A stretch of 64,000 bases of DNA, taken from NCBI GenBank assembly GCA_963821775.1, contig CAWGFB010000002.1, positions 160,433 to 224,432 of the forward strand. The letters run 5' to 3'. How positions within the stretch are numbered: the first letter of the stretch is position 1; every line of letters begins with the position of its first letter. This stretch comes from an uncultured Solirubrobacterales bacterium. Its GTDB lineage: Bacteria > Actinomycetota > Thermoleophilia > Solirubrobacterales > Solirubrobacteraceae. Position numbers and translations under genes: made by a program. Positions 33,500-42,132 of the stretch are shown here, piece after piece. Under the pieces are notes generated by a model that was not told the origin of the DNA, ran no database searches, and saw only the letters and a program-made list of their open reading frames with translations.

Positions 33500-34513
33500 G
33501 TGGCCTCCGACACGCACCCCGCCCCCGCGCGCGCGGCCGCCCACGGCGCCGGGGGCGCCGGGGGGGAGGAGGCGATCATCCGCACCGCCGGCCTCACGAA
33601 GGTGTACCCCGGCGCCGACCGCGCGGCCGTGGACGGCCTCGACCTCGAGGTTCGCGCGGGGGAGATCTTCGGCCTGCTCGGCCCCAACGGCGCCGGCAAG
33701 ACGACCACCGCGGGGATGCTCACCACGCGCGTGGTGCCCACCGCGGGCACGGCGCAGGTGGGCGCCGTCGACGTGGTCGCCCACCCCGCGCTCGCCAAGC
33801 AGCTGATCGGGGTCGTCTCCCAACAGAACACGCTCGACCGGCAGCTGACGGTGTGGGAGAACCTGTACTTCCACGGCCGCCTCTTCGGGATGGGCGCGGC
33901 GCAGTCGCGGCGCGTCGCCGACGAGCTGCTCGAGCAATTCCAGCTCGCGCGGTGGGCGCGGGCGTCGGTGTTCGCGCTCTCCGGCGGCATGGCCCAGCGG
34001 CTGATGGTCGCGCGCGCGATCGCCCACCGGCCGGCGGTGCTGTTCATGGACGAGCCGACCTCGGGCCTGGACCCGCAGAGCCGCCTCGCGCTGTGGGAGA
34101 TCCTCGGCGAGCTGCACGCCGCCGGCCAGACGATCATGCTGCTGACCCACTACATGGAGGAGGCCGACCGCCTGTGCGACCGCGTGGCGATCATGGACCA
34201 CGGCCGCATCCTTGCGCTCGACACCCCCGCGGCGCTCAAGCAGTCGGTCGGCGCCGACACGATCGTGACGGTCCGGGCGCCCGGTGACGGCGCGGCGCTC
34301 GCCGCGAGTCTCCAGGCCGGGGTCAAGGGCGTCACCCGCACGCGCGTGGTCGACGGCGGCGTCGAGCTGCACGTCCAGGGCGCCGAGCGGATCGTGCCGC
34401 AGGTCGTGGCCGCCGCCGACGCCGGCGGCGTGCAGCTCGCAGACCTGTCGGTGACCGAGCCCACGCTCGAGACGGTGTTCATCAACCTCACCGGCAAGGA
34501 GCTGCGGGAATGA
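33500..34513 (+). CDS. ABC transporter ATP-binding protein (DrrA-like)
   Basis: GPNGAGKTT, LSGGM, FMDEPT. Confidence 0.93.
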   Translation: MASDTHPAPARAAAHGAGGAGGEEAIIRTAGLTKVYPGADRAAVDGLDLEVRAGEIFGLLGPNGAGKTTTAGMLTTRVVPTAGTAQVGAVDVVAHPALAKQLIGVVSQQNTLDRQLTVWENLYFHGRLFGMGAAQSRRVADELLEQFQLARWARASVFALSGGMAQRLMVARAIAHRPAVLFMDEPTSGLDPQSRLALWEILGELHAAGQTIMLLTHYMEEADRLCDRVAIMDHGRILALDTPAALKQSVGADTIVTVRAPGDGAALAASLQAGVKGVTRTRVVDGGVELHVQGAERIVPQVVAAADAGGVQLADLSVTEPTLETVFINLTGKELRE

Positions 34514-35400
34514 ACGCCGCCACCGCCGACGCGACCGGCCCGCCCGCCGCGGCGATCCCGCACGCCCCGACGCGCTCCACGCTGGCGGCGAGCCGCACGG
34601 CACTCGGCGCGCTGATCCTGCGCGACCTCGTGGTGCTGCGCAAGAACGCTGGGGAGTTTGTCGCTCGCACCCTGATCCAGCCCTTCCTGCTGGTGTTCGT
34701 GTTCCTGTACGTGTTCCCCTCGATCGGCCAGGGCGTCGGCGCCGGCCACGGCCCCGTGGCGGAGTCACACTTCGCCACCGTGCTCGTGCCGGGCGTCGTG
34801 GCGATCTCGATCATGTTCCAGGGCATCCAGGCCGTGGCGCTGCAGATGTCCACCGAGTTCGGCTACACCCGCGAGATCGAGGACCGTGTGCAGGCGCCCT
34901 GCCCGATCTGGCTGGTCGCCGTGGCGAAGGTGCTCTCCGGCGCCGTGCAGGGTGTGATCGCCGCCGTGATCGTGTTCCCGATCGCCGCCGTCGTGCACGC
35001 CCCCGGCGTGCACGCTCACCTCACCGTGCACTGGGCCATCGTGCTCACGCTGATCCCGCTCGCGGCGGTGGCGATGAGCTCCCTCGGCCTGGTGCTCGGC
35101 ACGACCTTCGAGCCGCGCAACATCGGGCTGATGTTCGGCTTCGTCGTGCTGCCCCTGACGTTCCTCGGCGGCACGTACTACCAGTGGACGCGCCTGGCTC
35201 CCGTGAAGGTCGCGGGCTTCTCGTGGCTGCAGACGCTGGTGCTGGTCAACCCCCTCATCTATGTCGCCGAGGGCATGCGCGCCGGCCTCACCGACGCGTC
35301 GCACATGCCGCTGTACGCGGTCTACCCCGTGCTGCTCGCGTTCTGCGTGGGCTTCCTGGTGCTCGGCCTGCGCAACTTCCGCCGGCGCGTGCTCGTGTAA
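34510..35400 (+). CDS. ABC-2 type permease
   Basis: Multiple TM helices, NPLIY; ATGA overlap with the ATPase. Confidence 0.9.
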   Translation: MNAATADATGPPAAAIPHAPTRSTLAASRTALGALILRDLVVLRKNAGEFVARTLIQPFLLVFVFLYVFPSIGQGVGAGHGPVAESHFATVLVPGVVAISIMFQGIQAVALQMSTEFGYTREIEDRVQAPCPIWLVAVAKVLSGAVQGVIAAVIVFPIAAVVHAPGVHAHLTVHWAIVLTLIPLAAVAMSSLGLVLGTTFEPRNIGLMFGFVVLPLTFLGGTYYQWTRLAPVKVAGFSWLQTLVLVNPLIYVAEGMRAGLTDASHMPLYAVYPVLLAFCVGFLVLGLRNFRRRVLV

Positions 35401-35419
35401 GGGGCGTGCGGGATGACTC

Positions 35420-35459
35420 GCCGCATGCGGCCTCGGCGGCCCTGGCGCATGCGCCAGGG
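35420..35459. repeat. Two CATG-centred perfect palindromes, centres 24 bp apart
   Basis: GCCGCATGCGGC (35420-35431) and CCCTGGCGCATGCGCCAGGG (35440-35459). Confidence 0.85.
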
Positions 35460-35514
35460 AGACCCGGTGCCGCGGCGGCGCGCGGCGCAAGCGTGAGGCT
35501 GCTACAAGAACCGC

Positions 35515-36450
35515 GTGGAGCCCTCCGTCGCGGTGTTCGCGCCCAACCCGCTGCTGACGGTCACGCTCGAGGCGGAGGGGGAGGGCCAGAGCATCCACTT
35601 TCACGCCGGCGGGCAGGGGGTGTGGGTCGCCGGCCAGGTCCGCTGCCAGGGCGCCGCCCCGGTGCTGTGCGGCCTGGCCGGCGGCGAGCCCGGCGAGCTG
35701 CTGCGCCCGCTGCTCGCGCAGGCGGTGGGGGAGGACGTGCACCTCGTGCCGACGGCGAGCCCGACCGGCTGCTACGTCACCGACCGCCGCTCCGGCCGGC
35801 GCGAGGTGCTCGCCATGCAACTCTCCGACCCGCCCTCCCGCCACGAGCTGGACGAGCTCGTGTCGCTGACGTGCGCGCACGCGCTCGCGTGTGGGTGGCT
35901 GGTCGTGACCAACCCGCTGCCCGCCGAGGCGCTGCCGGAGGAGGTGTACGGGGACCTCGTCGCCAACGCCCGCGCCGGCGGCTGCCGCGTGCTGGTCGAC
36001 CTCTCCTCGCCGCGGCTGGAGTCGGCGCTGCGCGGCGCGCCGGACCTCGTGAAGCTCAACGACTGGGAGCTCGCGGAGTTCGTGCGCGGCCCCGTGGACA
36101 CCTCGGAGCTGCTGCTCGCCGCCGCGGGGCGCCTGCGCGAGCGCGGGGCGGGCACCGTGGTCGTGACCCGTGGGGAGCGCCCGGCGCTCGTGCTGCACGG
36201 CGAGGAGGCGTGGCGGCTCACCCCGCCGCGCTTTGCGCACGGCTACCGCGAGGGGTGCGGCGACGCGATGGCGGGCGCGCTCGCCGGCGCGTGGGCGCGC
36301 GGGGAGCCCTTCGCACGGGCGCTCGTGCTGGGCGCCGCGGCGGGCGCCGCGAACTTCCTGCGCCACGGGCTGGGTCACGCCTCGCGCGAGGTCGTCGAGC
36401 AGCTCGCCGGGCAGGTCGCGCTCGAGCCGTGGGCGGGCGGGGAGCCGTGA
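35515..36450 (+). CDS. PfkB/1-phosphofructokinase-family kinase
   Basis: AGGQGVWVA, VKLNDWEL, EGCGDAM. Confidence 0.85.
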   Translation: MEPSVAVFAPNPLLTVTLEAEGEGQSIHFHAGGQGVWVAGQVRCQGAAPVLCGLAGGEPGELLRPLLAQAVGEDVHLVPTASPTGCYVTDRRSGRREVLAMQLSDPPSRHELDELVSLTCAHALACGWLVVTNPLPAEALPEEVYGDLVANARAGGCRVLVDLSSPRLESALRGAPDLVKLNDWELAEFVRGPVDTSELLLAAAGRLRERGAGTVVVTRGERPALVLHGEEAWRLTPPRFAHGYREGCGDAMAGALAGAWARGEPFARALVLGAAAGAANFLRHGLGHASREVVEQLAGQVALEPWAGGEP

Positions 36451-36525
36451 CGGCTGGGTGCCCCTCCGCCGGTCGCCGGTGACGCCGGCGTGGGCGCGGC
36501 GTGACCTACCAGGGCGTGGCGGCGC

Positions 36526-37248
36526 CTACCAGGGCGGGGCGAGGGGCTCGCCGCGGAGCACGGCGACAGGGGCCCGCTCGACGATCCATGCGACCTGCTC
36601 GGGCGAGCACACCGCGCGCAGGCTGGCGACGCCCTCGCTGAGGCGCACCGGCCGGCCGCCGTGGGAGGAGTGCGAGTCGGAGCCGAGCAGGTGCACGAGC
36701 CCCTCGCGCGCCAGGCGCGAGACGTACGCGTCGGGGTCGCCCGCCTCACGGGCGAGGAAGTCCGCGGTCCACTGCAGCAGGCACCCGCGCGCCACGAGCT
36801 CGCGCAGGCGCGGCACGAAGTCGGCGCCCGCGTGACGCTCGGGGTGGGCCACGACGACCCGCACCCTCCGCGCGGTGAGACGCTCGACGAGCGCCGGCAG
36901 CTCGTCGGCCATCGGGCCGGGGCCAGGCTCCAGCAGGATCCAGCCGCCGCCGTCGAGGGAGACCTCGCGCAGTTGGCGGGCGGTGAGGCCCGAGGCCGCA
37001 CTCTGCGCGACCTCGCCGCCCCGGGCGATCCGCACGCGCACGCCGCGGCGGTCGAGTTCGGCCTGGAGCGCCGCGCGGCGCCCGGGCAGCTCCTCCAGGC
37101 GCACGTCGTGGTCGTCGCGGATGTGTGGGGTCGCGCACACGACCTCGATCCCGTCGTGCTCGGCCGTGCGCGCCATCGCCACGCTGTCGGCGAGGTCCAG
37201 CGCGCCGTCGTCGAGCGCGGGGAGGACGTGACAGTGCAGGTCGATCAC
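36526..37248 (-). CDS. CpsB/CapC PHP-type tyrosine phosphatase
   Basis: MIDLHCHVLP..DDG, ATPH, AHPER, GSDSH. Confidence 0.9.
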   Translation of the reverse strand: MIDLHCHVLPALDDGALDLADSVAMARTAEHDGIEVVCATPHIRDDHDVRLEELPGRRAALQAELDRRGVRVRIARGGEVAQSAASGLTARQLREVSLDGGGWILLEPGPGPMADELPALVERLTARRVRVVVAHPERHAGADFVPRLRELVARGCLLQWTADFLAREAGDPDAYVSRLAREGLVHLLGSDSHSSHGGRPVRLSEGVASLRAVCSPEQVAWIVERAPVAVLRGEPLAPPW

Positions 37249-37349
37249 CGCGGGGCTCGCGTTCCGCGGCGGGGGGAAGGGGGGACCATCGATCCGAGCC
37301 TACGCGGGTGCGGCGCCCGGCGCCTCCGCGGCGCGCACACCGCGCCAGG

Positions 37350-38096
37350 TCAGGGCGCCGGCGGGGCCGGCTCGCCGTAGGCGGCGAGCAGCGCTGCGAC
37401 CTCGCCGTCGGAGGTGGGCGTAAAGTCCTCGTACCAGAAGCCGACGGCCCACAGGTCGGCGGGCTCCTCCACGCACACGACCGCGTCCGCGTGGCGGCGC
37501 AGCTCCTGTGCGGACTGGGTAGCCGCGACCGGTACGGCGAGCACCACGCGGGCGGCGCCGCGCCGGCGCAGCGACCGCACGGCGGCGAGGGCGGAGCGGC
37601 CGGTGGCGAGGCCGTCGTCGACGAGTACCGCGGTACGCCCGCTGAGCGGGGTGGGCGGGCGCCCGTCGCGGTAGCGCGCCAGCCGGTCCTGCAGCTCGCG
37701 TTCGACCCGCGCGGTGAGCTGCGCGAGCTGTGCGTCGGAGAGGCCGAGCGCGCGCACGAGCTGCTCGCTGAGCACGTGCACGCCCCCCTCGGCGAGTGCG
37801 CCGATCGCAAACTCCGGGTTCTGCGGGGCGCCGATCTTGCGCACCACCGTCACGTCGAGCGGCGCGCCGAGCGCGAGCGCGATCTCCGCGGCGACGGGCA
37901 CCCCGCCGCGCGGGATGCCGACCACCACCGGCCGCTCCTCGCGCAGGGGCGCCAACAGCGCGGCGAGCCGGCGCCCGGCGTCGCGGCGGTCACGGAAGCG
38001 AGCCGCGCTGGGCACGAGCGTCGGCGGGTCCTCGACGGAGGTGACGGCACCCGTCAAGGGTGTGTCCGGGTGGCTGCTCGGGGGCGTCGTGCGCAT
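37350..38096 (-). CDS. Phosphoribosyltransferase family protein
   Basis: FRDRRDAGRRLA, PRGGVPVA, VDDGLATG. Confidence 0.9.
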   Translation of the reverse strand: MRTTPPSSHPDTPLTGAVTSVEDPPTLVPSAARFRDRRDAGRRLAALLAPLREERPVVVGIPRGGVPVAAEIALALGAPLDVTVVRKIGAPQNPEFAIGALAEGGVHVLSEQLVRALGLSDAQLAQLTARVERELQDRLARYRDGRPPTPLSGRTAVLVDDGLATGRSALAAVRSLRRRGAARVVLAVPVAATQSAQELRRHADAVVCVEEPADLWAVGFWYEDFTPTSDGEVAALLAAYGEPAPPAP

Positions 38097-38207
38097 CGTG
38101 GCTTCACGCTACGCCCGGCGCCCGTGCGGGCGCCGGGGTTAACCACGCGTCGCGCCGGTGGGTTTCCACGCTGGCTCGCCGGGCGCGGGTGTGAGAGTGT
38201 GGGACGC

Positions 38208-38921
38208 GTGCAGGATCCACCACCACCGCCCGTGGACGGCCCGGCCGATAGCCCGACCCCTCCCCCGGGAGGCGAGCCCGAGCCGGCGGGAGCGGGGGCC
38301 CACCCCGTGCGCTTCGCGGTGGAGTACCCCGACCGCGTGCTCGACCGTCTCACCAGCGCCCTGCGCATCTTCACGGTCATCCCGATCGCGGTGGTGCTGG
38401 GGTCGATCGGCGGGTACTCCACAGAGTGGAGCGGTGGCTCCTCCGGCGCGCGCACGATCGCCGTGGGAGGCGCCGGCCTGCTGTTCCTGCCGCCGCTGCT
38501 GATGATCGTCTTTCGCCAGAAGTACCCGCGGTGGTGGTTCGACTGGAACCTCGCGCTGCTGCGGTTCGCCAACCGCGTGGGCGTGTACCTGGCGCTGATG
38601 GACGACCGCTACCCCTCGACCGACGAGCAGCAGGCGGTGCACCTGGACTTCCCCTACCCGGATGCCCGGGAGGGGCTGAACCGGTGGCTGCCGCTCGTGA
38701 AGTGGCTGCTGGCCGTGCCGCACTACGTGGTGCTCTTCTTCCTCTACCTCGGTGCGCTCGTGGCCCTCGTCGGCGCGTGGTTCGCAGTCCTCTTCACCGG
38801 GCGCTACCCGCCGGGCATCTTCGATTACGTGGAGGGTGTGATCCGCTGGCACAACCGCGTGGTCGGCTACGCGCTGATCCTCGTGACCGACGCGTACCCG
38901 CCGTTTCGGCTGGGGCCTTGA
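38208..38921 (+). CDS. DUF4389 membrane protein
   Basis: Duplicated KYPRWWFDWN/RYPPGIFD and D.YP motifs; LNRWLPLVKWLLA. Confidence 0.85.
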   Translation: MQDPPPPPVDGPADSPTPPPGGEPEPAGAGAHPVRFAVEYPDRVLDRLTSALRIFTVIPIAVVLGSIGGYSTEWSGGSSGARTIAVGGAGLLFLPPLLMIVFRQKYPRWWFDWNLALLRFANRVGVYLALMDDRYPSTDEQQAVHLDFPYPDAREGLNRWLPLVKWLLAVPHYVVLFFLYLGALVALVGAWFAVLFTGRYPPGIFDYVEGVIRWHNRVVGYALILVTDAYPPFRLGP

Positions 38922-38928
38922 CCGGCGC

Positions 38929-39687
38929 CTACCGGGTCACCGCCTCGCGCCGGCGCTCGGCGAACAACGTGAGCGCGTAGCGACCCGCGGGGTGCGCGCG
39001 TGCGCGTTCGACGAGCGCCGCCATGCGGGGTGGCAGGACCTCGGGCTGCGGGAGCGGAACGCCGTAGACCGGTGGCACCAGGACCGAGGCGGAGAGCGCC
39101 GCGAACGTCAGGTCGGCTGCGCCGAAACGCTCGCCGCACAGGTACGGACGGCCGTCGGCGAGTAGTCCCGCCACGAAGTCGAGCTCGCTGAAGACCGCTG
39201 CCTCGTCGGCGGCCTCGCTCCCCGGATGGATCCCCAACTCGCGCTTGACGTACCCCCGCGCGAGCGGCCAGCCGAGACGGATCGTGCGGTCCTCCCAGCG
39301 CGGCACGCCCTGGTTGTTGAAGCGCAGCGCGAGCTCGGGCTGGGCGAGCATGTGGAGGTACATCAGCCGCCGGCCGTCCGGTCCCAACCTCTCGTCCAGA
39401 CGCCGGCACAGGCGCTCGACCTCCTCGCGCGCGGCGGGCTCTGCGGGGAACAGCCGGTGCTCGGGTGGCGTGCGCTCATCCACCCACGCGAGGATCAGCG
39501 CCGAGTCTCCGAGCGCGCCGTCGGGGGTCACGAGCACCGGGACGGTTCTCCCGCCACCGGCGCGCCGGGCGACGAACTGGTGGATGCCCTGCACGTGACG
39601 CTCCTCGCGATACGGGATCCCCGCCCGCTCGAGCGCCCACCGCGCCTTCTCGCAGTAGTGGCTGATCGGCAGCGTGATGAGCCGCAT
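38929..39687 (-). CDS. Glutathione S-transferase family protein
   Basis: ISHYCEKARWAL, TVPVL, DSALIL, FGAADLTFAAL. Confidence 0.9.
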   Translation of the reverse strand: MRLITLPISHYCEKARWALERAGIPYREERHVQGIHQFVARRAGGGRTVPVLVTPDGALGDSALILAWVDERTPPEHRLFPAEPAAREEVERLCRRLDERLGPDGRRLMYLHMLAQPELALRFNNQGVPRWEDRTIRLGWPLARGYVKRELGIHPGSEAADEAAVFSELDFVAGLLADGRPYLCGERFGAADLTFAALSASVLVPPVYGVPLPQPEVLPPRMAALVERARAHPAGRYALTLFAERRREAVTR

Positions 39688-39719
39688 CACTGGAGTATGC
39701 CGGTTGGTCGAACTCAGAA

Positions 39720-39861
39720 CCACCCGGCGCATGCGCCGGGTGGCCGTGCCGTGCATGCACGGCACGGGGCAGGGCCGCATGCGGCCCTGCCGGGACGGCC
39801 ACATGTGGCCGTCCCCGACGCCGCGCATGCGCGGCGTCGCCGGTGGCGCATGCGCCACCGG
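39720..39861. repeat. Array of six abutting perfect palindromes, each centred on CATG, with unique arms
   Basis: Units 39720-43, 39744-67, 39768-91, 39792-815, 39816-39 (24 bp each) and 39840-61 (22 bp); each checked as its own reverse complement. Confidence 0.97.
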
Positions 39862-39999
39862 GAACAGCCCCCACCAGACGGGCGCATCGCGCGTGGGGGT
39901 GTTGACGCCCGCGTGCGGGCGACGCGGGCACCCCGATCGGTGAAGCGCAGGCGCAGCGGACGAGGACGGGCCTGAGCTCCTCGACCATCCTGGAGACCT

Positions 40000-40266
40000 C
40001 TATTCGTCTCCGGCCCTCCCTGCGGCGTCTTGGCTACCACCTAGCTCTTCGGCCCGCACGTAGAAGGCGGTCTGGGTGATACCCATGCTCGTCGCGAGGG
40101 CGCGCAGCAGTTCGAAGTCCGGGTCGAGCTGCCCCTCTTCCAGAGCCGCGACGCGTGCCGGGGCCACGCCCGAGGCGGCGGCCAGATCGTCGGCGCTGAG
40201 GCCGTGCTGCTCGCGCACCTCTCGAATCGCTCTGCCGAGGAGGATGAGATACTGGGTAGAAGACAA
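40000..40266 (-). CDS. XRE-family HTH protein
   Basis: LGRAIREVREQHGLSADDLA..VAALEEGQLDPDFELL. Confidence 0.8.
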   Translation of the reverse strand: MSSTQYLILLGRAIREVREQHGLSADDLAAASGVAPARVAALEEGQLDPDFELLRALATSMGITQTAFYVRAEELGGSQDAAGRAGDE

Positions 40267-40333
40267 GTGTCAGCGAGACTATAACCCATCTTTGACTCAA
40301 CGGTGCTCCCCCGAAACGCGTAGCCAGCTGCCG

Positions 40334-40606
40334 ATGCCACCTCAGAGGAAATCCAAACCGCGCAGCCCAGACCTTGCGGCGTTCGGGCAAGCGATCGAGC
40401 TTGTCATCGCTGAGAACGGGCACATGACCTACGAAACCGTCGCGACGGATAGCGGCCTGACCGTCAAACAGGTCGGGGATCTGGTGCGAGGTCAGGGCAA
40501 CCCGACGTACATGACGGTCCTGAAGCTATGTCGGGGGCTGCACGTCCGCCCCAGTGAGCTGTTGGGGCGCGTCGATGAGCTGGTGGACAAGCGCTTGGGC
40601 GGCTAG
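40334..40606 (+). CDS. XRE-family HTH protein
   Basis: AFGQAIE..MTYETVA..LVRGQGNPTYMTVLKLCRGL. Confidence 0.8.
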   Translation: MPPQRKSKPRSPDLAAFGQAIELVIAENGHMTYETVATDSGLTVKQVGDLVRGQGNPTYMTVLKLCRGLHVRPSELLGRVDELVDKRLGG

Positions 40607-40612
40607 CCCCAG

Positions 40613-40683
40613 AGGCGACGACCGGAATCGAACCGGTGTAAACGGCTTTGCAGGCCGTCGCGTAGCCACTCCGCCACGTCGCC
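40613..40683 (-). tRNA. tRNA-Cys(GCA)
   Basis: GGCGACG acceptor stem, ACGGC-CT-GCA-AA-GCCGT anticodon arm, GGTTCGATTCC T-arm. Confidence 0.97.
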
Positions 40684-40814
40684 GAGAGTCGCCCCCAGCG
40701 TATCGGGTGGAGCCGGCCGAGCGGGGCCGCCAGGGCGGGGCTGCGCACGCTCGCCGCGCGGTGCGCACGCCCGCCGCGATGGCCCGAGGCTGCACGGCGG
40801 AGCGGCCTGGGGGC

Positions 40815-40863
40815 TTAGCAACTTCTTCCGCTGCCGTTAGCCGCCCTTTCGCGTCCGGTTAGC
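40815..40863 (+). promoter_or_regulatory. 11/22-bp-phased TTAGC direct repeats upstream of htrA
   Basis: TTAGC at 40815, 40837 and 40859; TTCCG at 40826 and TTCGC at 40848. Confidence 0.5.
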
Positions 40864-40917
40864 GGCCGTGCAGCAGCCCCTCCGATCATCGTCTCATCCC
40901 ACGAACCGGAGGTGACC

Positions 40918-41955
40918 ATGAAGCGACTGTTCCTACCCATGCTGCTTGCCGCGCTCACCGGCGCGGTGGTCGCGAGCGCGGCGGTGCTCGTGGCCGGCGG
41001 GGGAGCCGCGCGCGCACCCACCGGCGCGAGCGCCAGTACGGCTTCGGTCCAGGGCCAGGCCGCCGGCGGGACCCGCCGCGAGATCGCGTCCACCTCGCTG
41101 AGCGCGACGCAGGTCTACCGTCAGGACTCCCCCGGCGTGGTGTCGATCAAGGTGCTCACGCCCGAAGGCGAGGACAGCGGCACCGGCATCGTGCTCAACG
41201 ACCGGGGCCTGATCCTCACCAACGACCACGTGGTCAAGGACGCGACCAGCCTCACCGTCAGCCCGGGCAACTCCCCGAGCGACACGCGCACGGCGACGGT
41301 CGTCGGCGAAGAAGCCAACCACGATCTCGCCCTGGTCCACGTCGACCCGTCGGGGCTCGGTCTGCGGCCGCTGCGGATCGCCAACTCGGGCTCCGTCCAG
41401 GTCGGCGACGCGGTGTACGCGATCGGCAACCCGTACGGTCTCGACGAGACCCTCACCCGCGGCATCGTCTCCGCGCTCGGGCGCACCATCAAGGCGCCCG
41501 ACGGCGCGCAGATCACCGGCGCGATCCAGACCGACGCGGCGCTGAACCCCGGCAACTCGGGCGGGCCGCTGCTCAACGAACAGGGCGAAGTGGTCGGCGT
41601 CAACTCGCAGATCGCCTCCGAGGCGGCGAGCGTCGCCGGCTCGCAGCCGGGGAGCACCGGCGTCGGCTTCGCGATCGCCTCCGACACGGCCGTTGCGGCA
41701 ATCCGCACGATCGAGGCCGGCCACGGAGTCACCTACGCCGCGGCGACGGGGTCGAGCGGCACCACCGGCGGCTATGGCACGTCCCCCTACGAAGCGCGCT
41801 CGCCGTACGGCGAGCAGCGCCCGTATGGCGAAGCCGAAGCCCAGGGCGCCACGGGCGGCGAAGCGGCCGGGTCCGGCGCAGGCGGAGTCGAAGGCTCCGG
41901 CGAAGCGTCCTCACGCGGCTCCGAAGCGGCTGGCGGCGGGGGCGGGAGCTGGTGA
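40918..41955 (+). CDS. HtrA/DegS-like trypsin serine protease, no recognisable PDZ domain
   Basis: LTNDHVV, DLAL, AIGNPYG, IQTDAALNPGNSGGPL. Confidence 0.92.
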   Translation: MKRLFLPMLLAALTGAVVASAAVLVAGGGAARAPTGASASTASVQGQAAGGTRREIASTSLSATQVYRQDSPGVVSIKVLTPEGEDSGTGIVLNDRGLILTNDHVVKDATSLTVSPGNSPSDTRTATVVGEEANHDLALVHVDPSGLGLRPLRIANSGSVQVGDAVYAIGNPYGLDETLTRGIVSALGRTIKAPDGAQITGAIQTDAALNPGNSGGPLLNEQGEVVGVNSQIASEAASVAGSQPGSTGVGFAIASDTAVAAIRTIEAGHGVTYAAATGSSGTTGGYGTSPYEARSPYGEQRPYGEAEAQGATGGEAAGSGAGGVEGSGEASSRGSEAAGGGGGSW

Positions 41956-42059
41956 TCGTGCCGTGAGGCGCGGACGGCGGCCGCGGGTTCGCCGGAGCGG
42001 CGGGGCCGTGGCCGCCGTCGTCTTGCGGCCGTCCGTTGCTACGCTTGCTCCCTGTCCCA

Positions 42060-42132
42060 GGGCGATTAGCTCAGCTGGGAGAGCGCCGTCTCGACAAGGC
42101 GGAGGTCACTGGTTCGAGCCCAGTATCGCCCA
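42060..42132 (+). tRNA. tRNA-Val(GAC)
   Basis: GGGCGAT/ATCGCCC acceptor stem, CCGTC-TC-GAC-AA-GGCGG anticodon arm, GGTTCGAGCCC. Confidence 0.97.

Noticed and set aside
36505-36540. Duplicated CCTACCAGGGCG at the end of the phosphatase gene
   Set aside because: Short local duplication of the stop region with no evident function.
38114-38137. 24-bp inverted repeat CCCGGCGCCCG-TG-CGGGCGCCGGG
   Set aside because: Single hairpin with a non-CATG, mismatched centre; not counted in the palindrome family, though worth rechecking in a genome-wide scan.
39720-39861. CRISPR array or REP/BIME interpretation of the palindrome array
   Set aside because: No constant direct repeat beyond the 4-6 bp core, no spacers, no cas or RAYT gene in the window, and the arms all differ.
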